A stretch of DNA of 60,558 nucleotides, filler included, from Ranitomeya imitator (taxonomy: Eukaryota), in NCBI RefSeq assembly GCF_032444005.1. It is 5 parts of 4 records of this genome, joined end to end, with 100 filler letters (N's around TTAATTAATTAA, not from the genome) between each part and the next. Parts side by side here need not be neighbours in the genome. Positions count along the whole stretch, not along the records: positions 10,128 to 23,713 come from NC_091288.1; positions 23,814 to 37,367 come from NC_091289.1; 3 more parts are not named here. One strand, 5' to 3'. The notes under the pieces were generated by a model. That model was not told the DNA's origin and did no database searches. It saw nothing but the letters and a program-made list of their open reading frames with translations. The position numbers and the translations under genes were made by a program. Position 1 is the first letter of the stretch, and each line of letters opens with the position of its first letter. Positions 21,964 through 33,289 of the stretch are shown here, in pieces.

Positions 21964-23713
21964 GGCTACGTTCACATTAGCGTCATGCGACGCAGCGTCG
22001 CTGACGCAACGCACGACGGATCGGAAACGCACGCAAAAACGCACCATTTTTGACGCATGCGTCGAACGGATGCGTCGTAAAATGCAGCGTTTTTTGTGCG
22101 TTTTTGTTGCGTTTTCCCAAAAAACGCAGCGTTTTACGACGCATGCGTTGTCAAACAATGATGTTATCTTTCCACACAATTTAGTGTCTAGACACTAGAT
22201 AACACCACCAATGAATAGAAGAGGGTGGGTCTAGTGTCTAGACACTAGATAATGCCACCAATGGGTAGATGAGGGTGGGTATTAATGTAATAGTGGTATA
22301 TATACCCCGGCATAGATTATTTCCAACCATACAGCATCAAGATGGAGCGTCCCATGGAGAGTATCTACCTCAATATTGAGCTGAAATTAGCACTTGCTAT
22401 TGCTTATGCTATTGCCTGTCATGAACAGAGGAAAAGAGACAAACTACGGAGAAGGAGTCGTCGGCGTTTTTGGCTACACCCTATAGTGGAAGTCCGAGAG
22501 AGTCGTGGAGCCTACCATTGTCTGTTTGGCGAATTAAATGAGAACCAGGAGAAATACTTTGAATACACCAGGATGTCACAAAACAGCTTCCGATATCTGC
22601 TGCGTCTGGTGGAAGGAACCATTTCCAGGCAGGACACGCAGCTCCATAAATCGATTTCCCCCGAGGAACGTCTGCTGGTGACTCTACGGTACGTAATGCA
22701 ATGTGAAGGATTTATATGTTCTTGCCATTTTTTAAAGTAACGTGTTTTGGTTTTGTGGGGTGGGGGATTGTAATTAAGAATGAAAAATTCTTTCATAACA
22801 ATTTAATTAATTACATTTATTTTTTTTTCTTCTTGTCAGTTTCCTTGCTACCGGAGAGACCTTGAGATCACTGCATTTCCAGTTTCGGATTGGAGTCTCC
22901 ACACTGTCTGGTATTATTGCCGACACATGCCGCGCATTGTGGGACAACCTCCGGGAGGAATTTTTACCCATCCCTACAACTGAAATATGGCAGGCCAACG
23001 CCCAAAAATTCGAACAAGTGTGTTCTTTCCCTAACTGTATTGGAGCCGTGGATGGGAAGCACATTAGGATTACCAAGCCTTCCAGAAGTGGATCTCTGTT
23101 TTTTAATTATAAAAAATACTTTTCCACCGTGCTCATGGCAATTGCAGGTGCGGACTGCAGGTTTCTCGCTGTGGACATTGGAGCGTTTGGCCGTGCAAAT
23201 GATTCACGGACATTTAAGGAGTCTGATATGGGCCGAAGATTGTACAATAACAATTTTAATTTCCCCCAGCCACAACCTCTTCCCAACACCGAAGGCCCGG
23301 CCCTGCCATTTGTTGTGGTTGGGGATGAGGCTTTTCAAATGAGTGGCAACCTACTTAAACCGTACTCCAGTCGGGGGTTGGACCGCACCAAAACTATTTT
23401 TAATTATAGACTGTCCAGGGCCAGAAGAACTGTGGAGTGCGCCTTTGGCATCCTGGTCTCCAAATGGCGTATCTTAGCATCCGCTATAAATTTGAAAATT
23501 GAGACAGTGGATGAGGTGGTGAAGGCGTGTGTGGTTCTCCACAATTTTATTATTGATAAAGAGAGAGTCAACGTGGAACTCGATGAACCCATACCAAATC
23601 CATTGCCTGATTATCAAGATCATCCTCTGCGGACAACTGTGGAGATTGCTCATATGAGGGACCAATTTGCTGCATACTTTGTTTCAGATGTTGGCCGTGT
23701 TTCATGGCAAGAT
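21964..23713 (+). mobile_element. PIF/Harbinger transposon, left end through transposase (truncated by gap)
   Basis: TAA|GGCTACGTTCACATTAGCGT left TIR followed by a HARBI1-like transposase gene. Confidence 0.9.
22342..23713 (+). CDS. Harbinger (HARBI1/ALP1-like) DDE transposase, two exons: 22342-22688 and 22840->23713
   Basis: A GT..AG intron at 22689-22839 restores ISPEERLLVTLR|FLATGETLRSL. Motifs GAVDGKH, YKKYFS, VVGDEAF and RARRTVECAFGIL..KW are present. No stops occur in the spliced frame before the gap. Confidence 0.9.
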
Positions 23714-23813
23714 NNNNNNNNNNNNNNNNNNNNNNNNNNNNNNNNNNNNNNNNNNNNTTAATTAATTAANNNNNNNNNNNNNNNNNNNNNNNNNNNNNNN
23801 NNNNNNNNNNNNN

Positions 23814-24590
23814 CTTTAAGAGGAGGACATACTGTTCATGTGCGTCATGTGCCATCAAGAACCAAGGCCTGCTGGTCATGTGCCTTTAAGAAACAGGACG
23901 TACTTGACATGCACCTTTAAGTCCAAGACATACTGGTCATGAGCCCTTAAAACCAGGGCCTACTGGTCATTTGCGTATAAGACCAGGGCATACTGGACAT
24001 GTGCCTTTAAGACCAGGGCATACTGGTCATGTGCCTTTAAGACCAGGGCATACTGGTCATGTGTTTATAAGACCAGAGCATACTGGACATGTGCCTTTAA
24101 GTCCAGGGTATAATGGTCACGTGTCTCTAAGACCAGGGCATACTGGTCGAGTACCTTTAAAAGCAGGAGAGTAGAAGTCCCCGTGTACTGGTCACCTTTA
24201 AAAACCACGGCATGCTGGACAAACGCCTTAAGACCAGGGCATACTGGTCATGTGCCTTTAAGACCAGAGCATACTGGTCATGAGCGTACTGGTCATGGGA
24301 GATTAAGACCAGGGCATACTGGTCCCTAGCGTTTAAGACCGAAGAGTACTGGTCACGTGCCTTTAAGACCAGGGCATACTGGTCATGAGTCATTAAGACC
24401 AGGAAATACTGGTAACGTGTTTTGAAGGCCAGGGCATACTAGTCACGTACCTTTAAGACCAGGGCATGCTGGTCACGTGCCCTTAAGGCCAGGGGATACT
24501 TGTCATGTGTGGTCGTGTGCCTTTAAGACCGGGAATGCTGGTCATGCTCCTTTGAGACCAGGAATGCTGGACAAGACCGGGGCATCTTTT
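23814..24590. repeat. 30-bp tandem repeat (GTGCCTTTAAGACCAGGGCATACTGGTCAT), degenerate
   Basis: 10-aa periodicity in both strands (RPGHTGHVPL / HDQYALVLKA). Confidence 0.85.
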
Positions 24591-26053
24591 AAAAGGATAA
24601 TGCCAGAGATGGAATCCCAGGAGGGGAACTAGGTACTCTGGGAGGAGCCGGGATAGGCGCAGCGAAGGCTCCTGAGCTCAATTGATTAAGCACTATGAGA
24701 AAAGGTGACCGGCTCTGCTGGTAATGTGCCCCTTTTACACTAGGGAACTCTTAAGACCAGGGAATCTGGTGAAGGGTTTATGAGAAAAACCATGGAAAAA
24801 GACTGGGGATGCACCTATAAGCCCAGCGACTACTGGGCATGAGACAAGCCCAGCGGCTACTGGGCATGAGACTTAAAGACCAGGGGACCTGAGCCCCAGA
24901 GAATGCGGGTCCCAAGTATTTAAAACCGTGATGTTAGTCCCTTTATGCTGCCGGACGTGCGGATTTGCGGGGGAGGGGAGCGATTCACCTTACCGGGATT
25001 CTGAGTCCCCCATCTGGAATAGCGCTGACCTCAGCGCTGAAAACCGCCGGCAGCAGCCCCTTCCAGAAGAACTAGGGGCCGGAAACTCCGCAGCCCCTTC
25101 CTGAGGTCAGGGAGAAGATGGCCGCCGAGATCTCGTCCTGCCCGAGAAGCGCCAGAATAGGGGGGCGGAGCCGCTAGAGTAAAGCCGGCGGGGGGCGGGG
25201 CTTCCCGGAATGCGGCCTAAACAGGGCCGAAGCCGGGGACTAAATTTATAGAGTCGGCCGGCGCGCACCCGCGGACTGAAGGGAAAGGGACCGCGAAGCT
25301 CTGTGGGGACCCTGCCGCAAGGAGCCCACCTATGACCGCCAGAAAAGTCAATTATTAACGTGCACTTACACCGTACAGGTAGGAGCTGTGCCCGGGTAGA
25401 TAGGACGGTGTAGGGTTGGGGAGCCTCCATCCACCAAACCTGCAGAAGAGGGGTGGAGAGGAACCGTCTGCCTCCTTCCATCATCCGCTTTTTCAGTGGT
25501 GATGCAGTGGGGGCTGCTCGGACGCCACGCTGGAAGGTGCCTCTGTACAGCCGAGGGTAAAACCTGGTGGACAGGGCTGAATGTCCGGCAATAAAAAGGC
25601 CTGGCTGCAGAAGAGGATACTGAAGGTGAAACTCCAGTGCTCGTCTGATAAGGGAGGGGGGAGATCGGTGCCCATGAAGGGGTCCGTCGCCCCTAAAATC
25701 AGCTCAGGCAGTGGCTTCCCACGTCGCAGGAGAGGATACGGAGAGGTGAAACTCCCGTGCTCGCCTGTTGTTGGTTCGGGTGAGATCGGAACATGAAAGA
25801 ATCCGTCGCCCCCTTCGTCCGTTGTAAAAGGTAAAAAGGAAAAAAGGAAAAAAGGTAAAATCTTTGGGTCTGAATAGCAGACCCGTCCGTGTGCCTCCTA
25901 TGGACACTAAGCAAGAACTGGTTAGCTGGGGGCCAGCAGGAGGGTGTATACTGCAGGGGAGGAGCTGACTTTCTTTGTGTTACTTAGTGTCAGCCTCCTG
26001 GTGGCAGCAGCATACACCATGGTCTGTGTCCCCCAATGAGGCGAAGGAGAAAA
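23814..26053 (-). mobile_element. Probable DIRS1-like (tyrosine-recombinase) retrotransposon 5' portion
   Basis: The minus strand starts TTTTCTCCTTCGCCTCATTGGGGGACACAGACCATGG...GCTGCTGCCACCAGGAGGCTGACACTAAGT...AGCTCCTCCCC, which I recognise as an anuran DIRS-type terminus, followed by degenerate GC-rich gag-like sequence. No RT or YR ORF is visible, so the call is from recall. Confidence 0.55.
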
Positions 26054-26319
26054 GTGACCCTATTGGCCTCATAATACTGAATGTATGGCACACAGTTCAA
26101 CAGAGCGACTAGTTCTCTATTAGGTCTTCACCGACTTTAAACGCTAAAGGGGAATTAAATGACCACTATGTTCCCAATTGGTGGAGATCCCAACCGTGGA
26201 AGGAAATAGATATTCAATTAAAAAAAATGGAATTTGTTAGAACACAACGACAACCCAAATATGCAAGAAAGCAACATAGCTTTGACATAAATGTAATACT
26301 GTGCAATTTTAGGCCTCAC

Positions 26320-26496
26320 CTTCAGTGCCAGGATGTTTAAGGACTCCAACAGGCACCATGACAGTAGGAGGTGGGGAACTGAGGGCTCCTGAAGCCTGAG
26401 CCTGTTGCATTGGGGGTATGGTAGAGCAGTACTCCGCAGGGTTGTTTGGGTTTGGGCTCTGAACTGATGCACTCATCATGTTTTCCCATGCTTGGG
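26320..26496 (-). CDS. ZFYVE9: ZFYVE9/SARA coding exon 4: Smad-binding domain
   Basis: AQAWENMMSASVQSPNPNNPAEYCSTIPPMQQAQASGALSSPPPTVMVPVGVLKHPG matches the SARA SBD. AG acceptor and GTGAG donor; 177 nt, phase 1-1. Confidence 0.95.
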
Positions 26497-26836
26497 CTGA
26501 AACAAACAAAAAAAAAAACAGAATTAAAGGGGGATGTCTTGTGAAAACAAGTTATCACCTATCCTCAAGATAGGTTATTGATCAGCAGGGGGAGAAGGTC
26601 GGTCCTGCACTGATCGACAGGGAATATCAGCCCCCTGCACTTACCGGCTGGGGGGTGTCAGCCCTGCACCGATCACTGCTGATCCATTCTGATGGGGATA
26701 ACAGTGCCCGGTTCTGCACTCCCTCATCAGTAGGTATACACAGATGCTTTATGTTACATCATAATCCAAAATATCTCCAGAGAACAGGACGTGCATATTA
26801 GGAGAGGTTGCAGAAAACCACGAGGACATCACTTAC

Positions 26837-26936
26837 CATTGATGAGCACCGAGTGGCAGATAACGCACACGCGAGCCTCTTTCTTATCCATGTAGAGCAA
26901 TTTGCATTTGAGGCTGCAGCAGGCGGCACAGAAGAC
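26837..26936 (-). CDS. ZFYVE9: ZFYVE9/SARA coding exon 3: second half of FYVE finger
   Basis: VFCAACCSLKCKLLYMDKKEARVCVICHSVLIN; CCAG acceptor and GTAAGT donor; 100 nt, phase 0-1. Confidence 0.95.
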
Positions 26937-27401
26937 CTGGAAGAGGAGAGAGAAATGCACTTATTACTGACTATATGCACCAACACATTACTTCTGCATC
27001 AATCACAACTTATAAAGAGCTCAAATCCTAATTTGTGGCAGTAAATAGACTCTGATGGTCACTGAAGAGGTGTCGTCAATAACACTAGAAATAATCTATA
27101 CTTTTTTTTTACATAATACGAAAATCCAACATATCCGATGCTCCTTGCACCTAAAAAATATTCGGGGACAGTCGAGCTTCCCTGGAAACTTTATATTGTC
27201 AGATCCCAATGAAACTGGATGACTTATTAAATGTTTATGGCCAAATTAAAGGGGCTGGCCAGGATTGTGATACTGATGACTAGAATAGGAGCTGCAGTCT
27301 ACAGGAGCAGCCAAGTGTACAGAGCCAATCGGTGGGGGTGCCGACTGTCTGCCCACCACCAATCTGCTACAGATGACCGAAACTATGGATAGGACATAAA
27401 T

Positions 27402-28606
27402 ACATAGTAACATAGTAACATAGTTAGTAAGGCCGAAAAAAGACATTTGTCCATCCAGTTCAGCCTATATTCCATCATAATAAATACCCAGATCTACGTC
27501 CTTCTACAGAACCTAATAATTGTATGATACAATATTGTTCTGCTCCAGGAAGACATCCAGGCCTCTCTTGAACCCCTCGACTGAGTTCGCCATCACCACC
27601 TCCTCAGGCAAGCAATTCCAGATTCTCACTGCCCTAACAGTAAAGAATCCTCTTCTATGTTGGTGGAAAAACCTTCTCTCCTCCAGACGCAAAGAATGCC
27701 CCCTTGTGCCCGTCACCTTCCTTGGTATAAACAGATCCTCAGCGAGATATTTGTATTGTCCCCTTATATACTTATACATGGTTATTAGATCGCCCCTCAG
27801 TCGTCTTTTTTCTAGACTAAATAATCCTAATTTCGCTAATCTATCTGGGTATTGTAGTTCTCCCATCCCCTTTATTAATTTTGTTGCCCTCCTTTGTACT
27901 CTCTCTAGTTCCATTATATCCTTCCTGAGCACCGGTGCCCAAAACTGGACACAGTACTCCATGTGCGGTCTAACTAGGGATTTATACAGAGGCAGTATAA
28001 TGCTCTCATCATGTGTATCCAGACCTCTTTTAATGCACCCCATGATCCTGTTTGCCTTGGCAGCTGCTGCCTGGCACTGGCTGCTCCAGGTAAGTTTATC
28101 ATTAACTAGGATCCCCAAGTCCTTCTCCCTGTCAGATTTACCCAGTGGTTTCCCGTTCAGTGTGTAATGGTGATATTGATTCCCTCTTCCCATGTGTATA
28201 ACCTTACATTTATCATTGTTAAACCTCATCTGCCACCTTTCAGCCCAAGTTTCCAACTTATCCAGATCCATCTGTAGCAGAATACTATCTTCTCTTGTAT
28301 TAACTGCTTTACATAGTTTTGTATCATCTGCAAATATCGATATTTTACTGTGTAAACCTTCTACCAGATCATTAATGAATATGTTGAAGAGAACAGGTCC
28401 CAATACTGACCCCTGCGGTACCCCACTGGTCACAGCGACCCAGTTAGAGACTATACCATTTATAACCACCCTCTGCTTTCTATCACTAAGCCAGTTACTA
28501 ACCCATTTACACACATTTTCCCCCAGACCAAGCATTCTCATTTTGTGTACCAACCTCTTGTGCGGCACGGTATCAAACGCTTTGGAAAAATCGAGATATA
28601 CCATTT
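27402..28606 (-). mobile_element. 5'-truncated CR1 LINE (RT C-terminal half plus 3' tail) in a ZFYVE9 intron
   Basis: ORF 27513-28604: [44 protein letters not shown]. The (TTACTATG)n-like 3' microsatellite is at about 27402-27425. Confidence 0.93.
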
Positions 28607-28689
28607 ATTATATATATATATAATAAATATCCTATTAAACAACAATTCCTAATTTGCACATTACTATTAGCCCACACAGCCTTACCTAC

Positions 28690-30389
28690 CTTTCCGCATG
28701 CTCTGCAGTGGTGCCTCCGCTTGGTAAATGTAAACCTGGCCTCACATTTCATGCAGTTAGGGGCTTGAGAGTCCGGGACCCAGACAGGAGCCACCTCCCC
28801 TAGGGATGCGAACGGCTTGGCGGCAGGAGACCCATACTGCCCAGCGAGGAGGTCATTATCGGGGCTGTCTGAAGACACTGCAAGGCACGGACTTTTGGGT
28901 CCCCTGTACTCTCCGAACAGGTCGCCGTTTGCATTAAAACCAGGGCTGCGCACCGCAGCTTCGCCACGCAGAACGTCCGACACGATAACGTCATTCTGAC
29001 TGGACTTGTTGAACACGTCGTTTTTGTTTTTGGAGCTGCAGCCGGCATTGGGGGGAACCACGTCGCACTGTAACATGTCCGATAATGGCTTTGGAATCTG
29101 AAGCTTGAGATGAGTCGGCTGCTTCGGGCGCGCTCCACCATAGGGGACACTTAGAGGTTGCACGCCGCCAGCCATTCTGGAAGTCTGCCCCTGCGCAGGC
29201 GGTACCTGACTGCTGAGGCCATGCAAGTGGTTTTTTAGGACATCGCCGCTGACATTTAGCAACAGTCCTCTCCCCTCGGGGACGTCGTCCTCTCTCTGCT
29301 CGTAAGCATTAGCGTAATTTTCGGATTTGCACTCCTCGATTTCTTTCTCCTCGGTCACAGAGTCTTCTTTCGACGGTAAACTCTTTGGGTTTTGCGCTAC
29401 GGTTGGGTTTTGCATTCCATAGGAATCACACCCATTTTGGAGAGACACGAATGGTTCAGTTCCTTCGGCGTTACTTTCCGCATCGTTCATCAGAACTTTG
29501 TCTGGGTCGCCATGTTCAAACTTTTTGTCCCTTTCCGGTGTCTCTTGATCCTCAAAATCCCCATTTGTCACGAGAAAGTCTGAGAACTGCTCCCCCACTA
29601 GATCAGGAGACCCCGCAGGCGAGAGTCCATCAGTAGCCAGATCACCATCTGCGAAGGCAATAACTATCTGCGTATCTGTAGATGGAAGAAACGAGGCTTT
29701 CAGATGATTTGGACTTAAATCATCACCTACAGTCTGAACACTGATTATATTTGGACCAAATTTATTTTTATTGTCATTTTCCATAAGGCTAGGAGAGGGC
29801 GGACAAAGCTCGGACATGGGGGGAAAGGAATGGGGTGGACTATTAAGGTCTTCAGTGCCATTTTCACATGAATGACTATTAATACTACTATCGCTCTGCA
29901 CTGCGGCACATGTATTACTTTCAATAGCATCATGGACCTTGAAGTCAGGAGTGGTCAGACCGGTGTCAGTAACGTGTAAGATCTCGTCGGCGTCCACGAT
30001 AACTTGGCTTATAGGGGCGCGGCAAGGAGATAAACACTCTCCAGGAGCAGCGCCTTTATCACAACTCATATTTAGGGTGACCTCAGCCGACGGTGATTCC
30101 TCTTCGCATTGCAAAGTATTTGTACTGCATATGTTTTGTGGCTGGGTTTTCCTGTCCTCAGCCATGCTGGTGTCTTCCGTCACCATACTGGACAGCTCCG
30201 GGGCGACGCATTCAATCTCTCCATTGGAACGTGGGGGCGTCAGGCTGGGCGATCTCTCTTTGAGGTGAGCTTCGATAGCAATGATTGATTTGCTGACATT
30301 GTCCAGTGCAGAATTCTCCGTCAGTCGAGAAGGAGGATTTAAGATGCGATTCCACTTCCCATCCAACAATCGCGGCGAGACGTTCTCAT
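28690..30389 (-). CDS. ZFYVE9: ZFYVE9/SARA coding exon 2 (1700 nt): N-terminal region and first half of FYVE finger
   Basis: Acceptor TTTCAG|AT; DENVSPRLLDGKWNRIL...GGARPKQPTHLKLQIPKPL...GEVAPVWVPDSQAPNCMKCEARFTFTKRRHHCRACGK|GTAGGT donor. Phase 1-0. Confidence 0.96.
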
Positions 30390-30551
30390 CTGAAAGGCAA
30401 AAAGTGTATTGAAAATGACCAAGATTAAAAAAAAATTGCTTCTAATATACAGCGATAATAGAATAGTTCAATAATACAAATGATAACAACAAAAACAGCA
30501 ACAAAAAGTTAAACAAAGCTACAGTCGCCATGTTAAAAGTTACTTCTTCAC

Positions 30552-30621
30552 CTTCGTTCTTTTCAAATTCATCCAACACTTTGTCCAGGTTACACGATTC
30601 CTCCTCGAAATAGTTCTCCAT
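30552..30621 (-). CDS. ZFYVE9: ZFYVE9/SARA coding exon 1 (exon spans about 30653-30552; ATG at 30621)
   Basis: MENYFEEESCNLDKVLDEFEKNE-G|GT resembles the SARA N-terminus (MENYF...NLDKVLDEFE.NE). Upstream acceptor is TTTATAG. Not in the ORF track because it is short. Confidence 0.92.
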
Positions 30622-32348
30622 TTGTTAAGGACCCTTCAGGCTGAAGTCTCTGCCTATAAAAGTAAAAGGATTCCTTTAGTTACTCGGCATAAAGGTTGAT
30701 TACGTAGGACAAGTCATTATTGAACACGGAGAAAGCCCCCGCAAATGTCACATTTACATATGAATGTAGAGAAAATAAATGAATTCTGCAAGTTATAACA
30801 TTAAAATTAAGTGCAGGCACTACAAACAAAGAAAGGAGAGGGAAGAAAGAATCTACAGTCTCAGGGAGGGCAGAAAAAAAAAACAGGCTATAGAAAAGGA
30901 GGAAAGCTCATGAAGGAAAATAAGTATAGGATAGAAGCTGTGCTGATATATGAGCTAATGAAGACAGCAGAAGACAGATTTGTCATCCAACCTATATTAC
31001 AGGGAGGGGACACTCCACAAGAGAGAAGGCGATGCTGGGTTTCCCCACATCCGTGTGTCATGGACCGACAGCAGGTCTCCTGACCCTAACCGAAATCAAA
31101 TTCGGGTCACAAGACCCTTGGCCAATCGGTGTGAATTCGTACTTAAGACAAACACTGAAGATTCAGGCTGTCTATTTAATGGACCGTCTAATAAAAGGAC
31201 TGTCCAAAAAGGAGAACTACGGTAGTTTAAATATTAACCTCCTGCTCACATAATTCTACGTACAACAGACATGTATTCCGCTTCTATGTGACTTGCATAC
31301 AACAGAACTCACAAGGACACGAAAAAAAATGAAAAATGGAATAAATATCAAAATGACTGACACTGAGGACAGAGAAAGGAGTGTATTCAGTGCTGGGAGC
31401 TGTCGGCTAAATTTGCTCTTTCTTTATGATGGATTTGGGGAAATGCATTTATATAGAGGCTTTCTCTCGGGGCACTCACACTGCCTGGATGGGAGGTAAT
31501 CACAGGGGCTTTTCTATGGCAGAAACAGACACAATTGTTAGGGCTCCTGTGTCGGGGAACAATTCTTAGGGTGTCTTGTGGATCTGATTACTAGGGGTCA
31601 CTTTCCCCGCACTTTCCCCGCTGATGCAGGATGAATTACAAGGCAGATACTCTCCTCCCTGCCCTCCTTTCTTCTGTAGGAAAGCAGCGTAAAATAATGA
31701 CGATGGCTAAAATTAAACCGTAATCCCATTCGAAATTCTCAGAAGAAATGACACAAATTTTAAAAACGAAGATTTGGGAGGGAAGAAATAGAGTAAATGT
31801 AAAGCCCTAAGGAGCCAAGCCATAGATTACCAAGCGCGCCCCGACAACGCCACAAGTGCAATGCAGCACCGATGATCGCCAGAAGTGCAATGATCGCTTT
31901 GGCACTTCTTTTTTTTTTTTTTTTTACACAGGACTGCAGTCGGGAAAACCCAGAAACTCCCTTTAGCTAATTTCATATCTTTGCCACTCTCACAGATCAG
32001 TAGCCATAGTTTGTGCATTAAAAAAAAAAATCCTGCAGGTTTGTATTCAATATCATAAATATGTAGAAGTCATTATAAGATGCAGCGATCTCCGTCTGCA
32101 GCTATGTCGCCTCTAACCTCTCAGACGTCAGAACATTAGTAGCAAAGGAGGGATAAATATTCATGACAGGTCCCAACGGACTGTGAAACCCGTGACATTT
32201 TATACCACGCGTCAAAGCTCGCTTGTCGACTCCAATTACAGAAATTAAGCCGGCACATGGATTTTCTCCTTTTTCGTAATCTCTCCGGCAGACATGCTGT
32301 TCAAACGGCCGTCAAAGTCTTCTCGTCCAGCCAAATCGGACCTAGTGT

Positions 32349-32393
32349 TTTGCACTGATGAGGGGAAAACACCCCGAAACACGTGTCTGCAAA
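32349..32393 (+). ncRNA. Minimal type I hammerhead ribozyme
   Basis: TTTGCA [stem I] CTGATGA GGGG-aaaaca-CCCC [stem II] GAAAC-acgt-GTC [stem III, cleavage triplet] TGCAAA [stem I']. All conserved core nucleotides are present. Confidence 0.85.
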
Positions 32394-33289
32394 TGGTTTG
32401 TGGCTACTTTCAGCCCAAGGTGATGCGCTGCTATCTGAAAACAAATGGACCAAAAATACAAGGTAGAAATGTAGAGGAGAACGACGTGTTTATTTCACAC
32501 GCTACAACCGGCAAGACCAGCGTCCATGAAATTCCTGCTATTGCTTGCCACCAGTATGGCTGCGGATATCCAGAACCATTTAATGACGGATGTCACAGTT
32601 GGGTTGCCACATGCGGACTTGCTCCATTAAATACGATTTATTCATCTGCAGACCAAAAGAAGTTAAAGGGGTTTTCTTGTTTTGGAAAACCCTTGTACCC
32701 CGGGGGCTGCAGTTTGTTGTAGAAAACTAAACTGTGCATTACTCATCCTCCCCAGGTCCAGTGCGGAGTCTCCACCACTGCTCCCAGTGTCCGTTATTGT
32801 CTGCAGTGCTGACTCCAGTTTTTCCTTCAGTCCCATTATCTCTTGGTGTATAACATCAGATCCCTCATCCCATGGTGCATAATGTCCAGCCCTTTGTCAG
32901 CCCCCGGAATGTAGCATCCGGCCTCTCTTCCCCAGGTGCATAATGTCCGGCCCTCTGCCCACCCCAAGAGTATAACATCCGGACCCCCACCATGCCGTCT
33001 GCACTTACTAACATGTGACAGAACGGCCGGTGGTGCAGAGATCACGGATACCAGCGCGGTCCCATTATAGGAGCCACCGGGGTAACAAATCCGTTCATTA
33101 AATTTCTGTCTCCTAAATCTTCCCCCATCACCTATGACTAACATTATTGAGAAGTGCCCATAAAGTTACATGGTGGTGGGAGAGCAGGCAGAAAAGTCAC
33201 CAACGCTCTGCTGACTCCATAACTGCAGAGTCCAGACCTCCTCTGCAGCATGAACACTGCGCCCCCGCCAGGAGCTTCATGGCCCTGCA

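Noticed and set aside
27060-27100. CTGAAGA...GAAA hammerhead-like spacing
   Set aside because: An extra base precedes GAAA, there is no G-C pair closing stem II, and no stem I/III or NUH triplet is found.
29465-29495. Minus-strand CTGATGA...GAAA motif
   Set aside because: It lies in ZFYVE9 coding sequence (LMNDAES) and has no complementary stems.
28573-30369. The 598-aa ORF as a complete single-exon gene
   Set aside because: It is an internal ZFYVE9 exon (30389-28690). The ORF's start and its tail after RACGK are artefacts of ignoring splicing.
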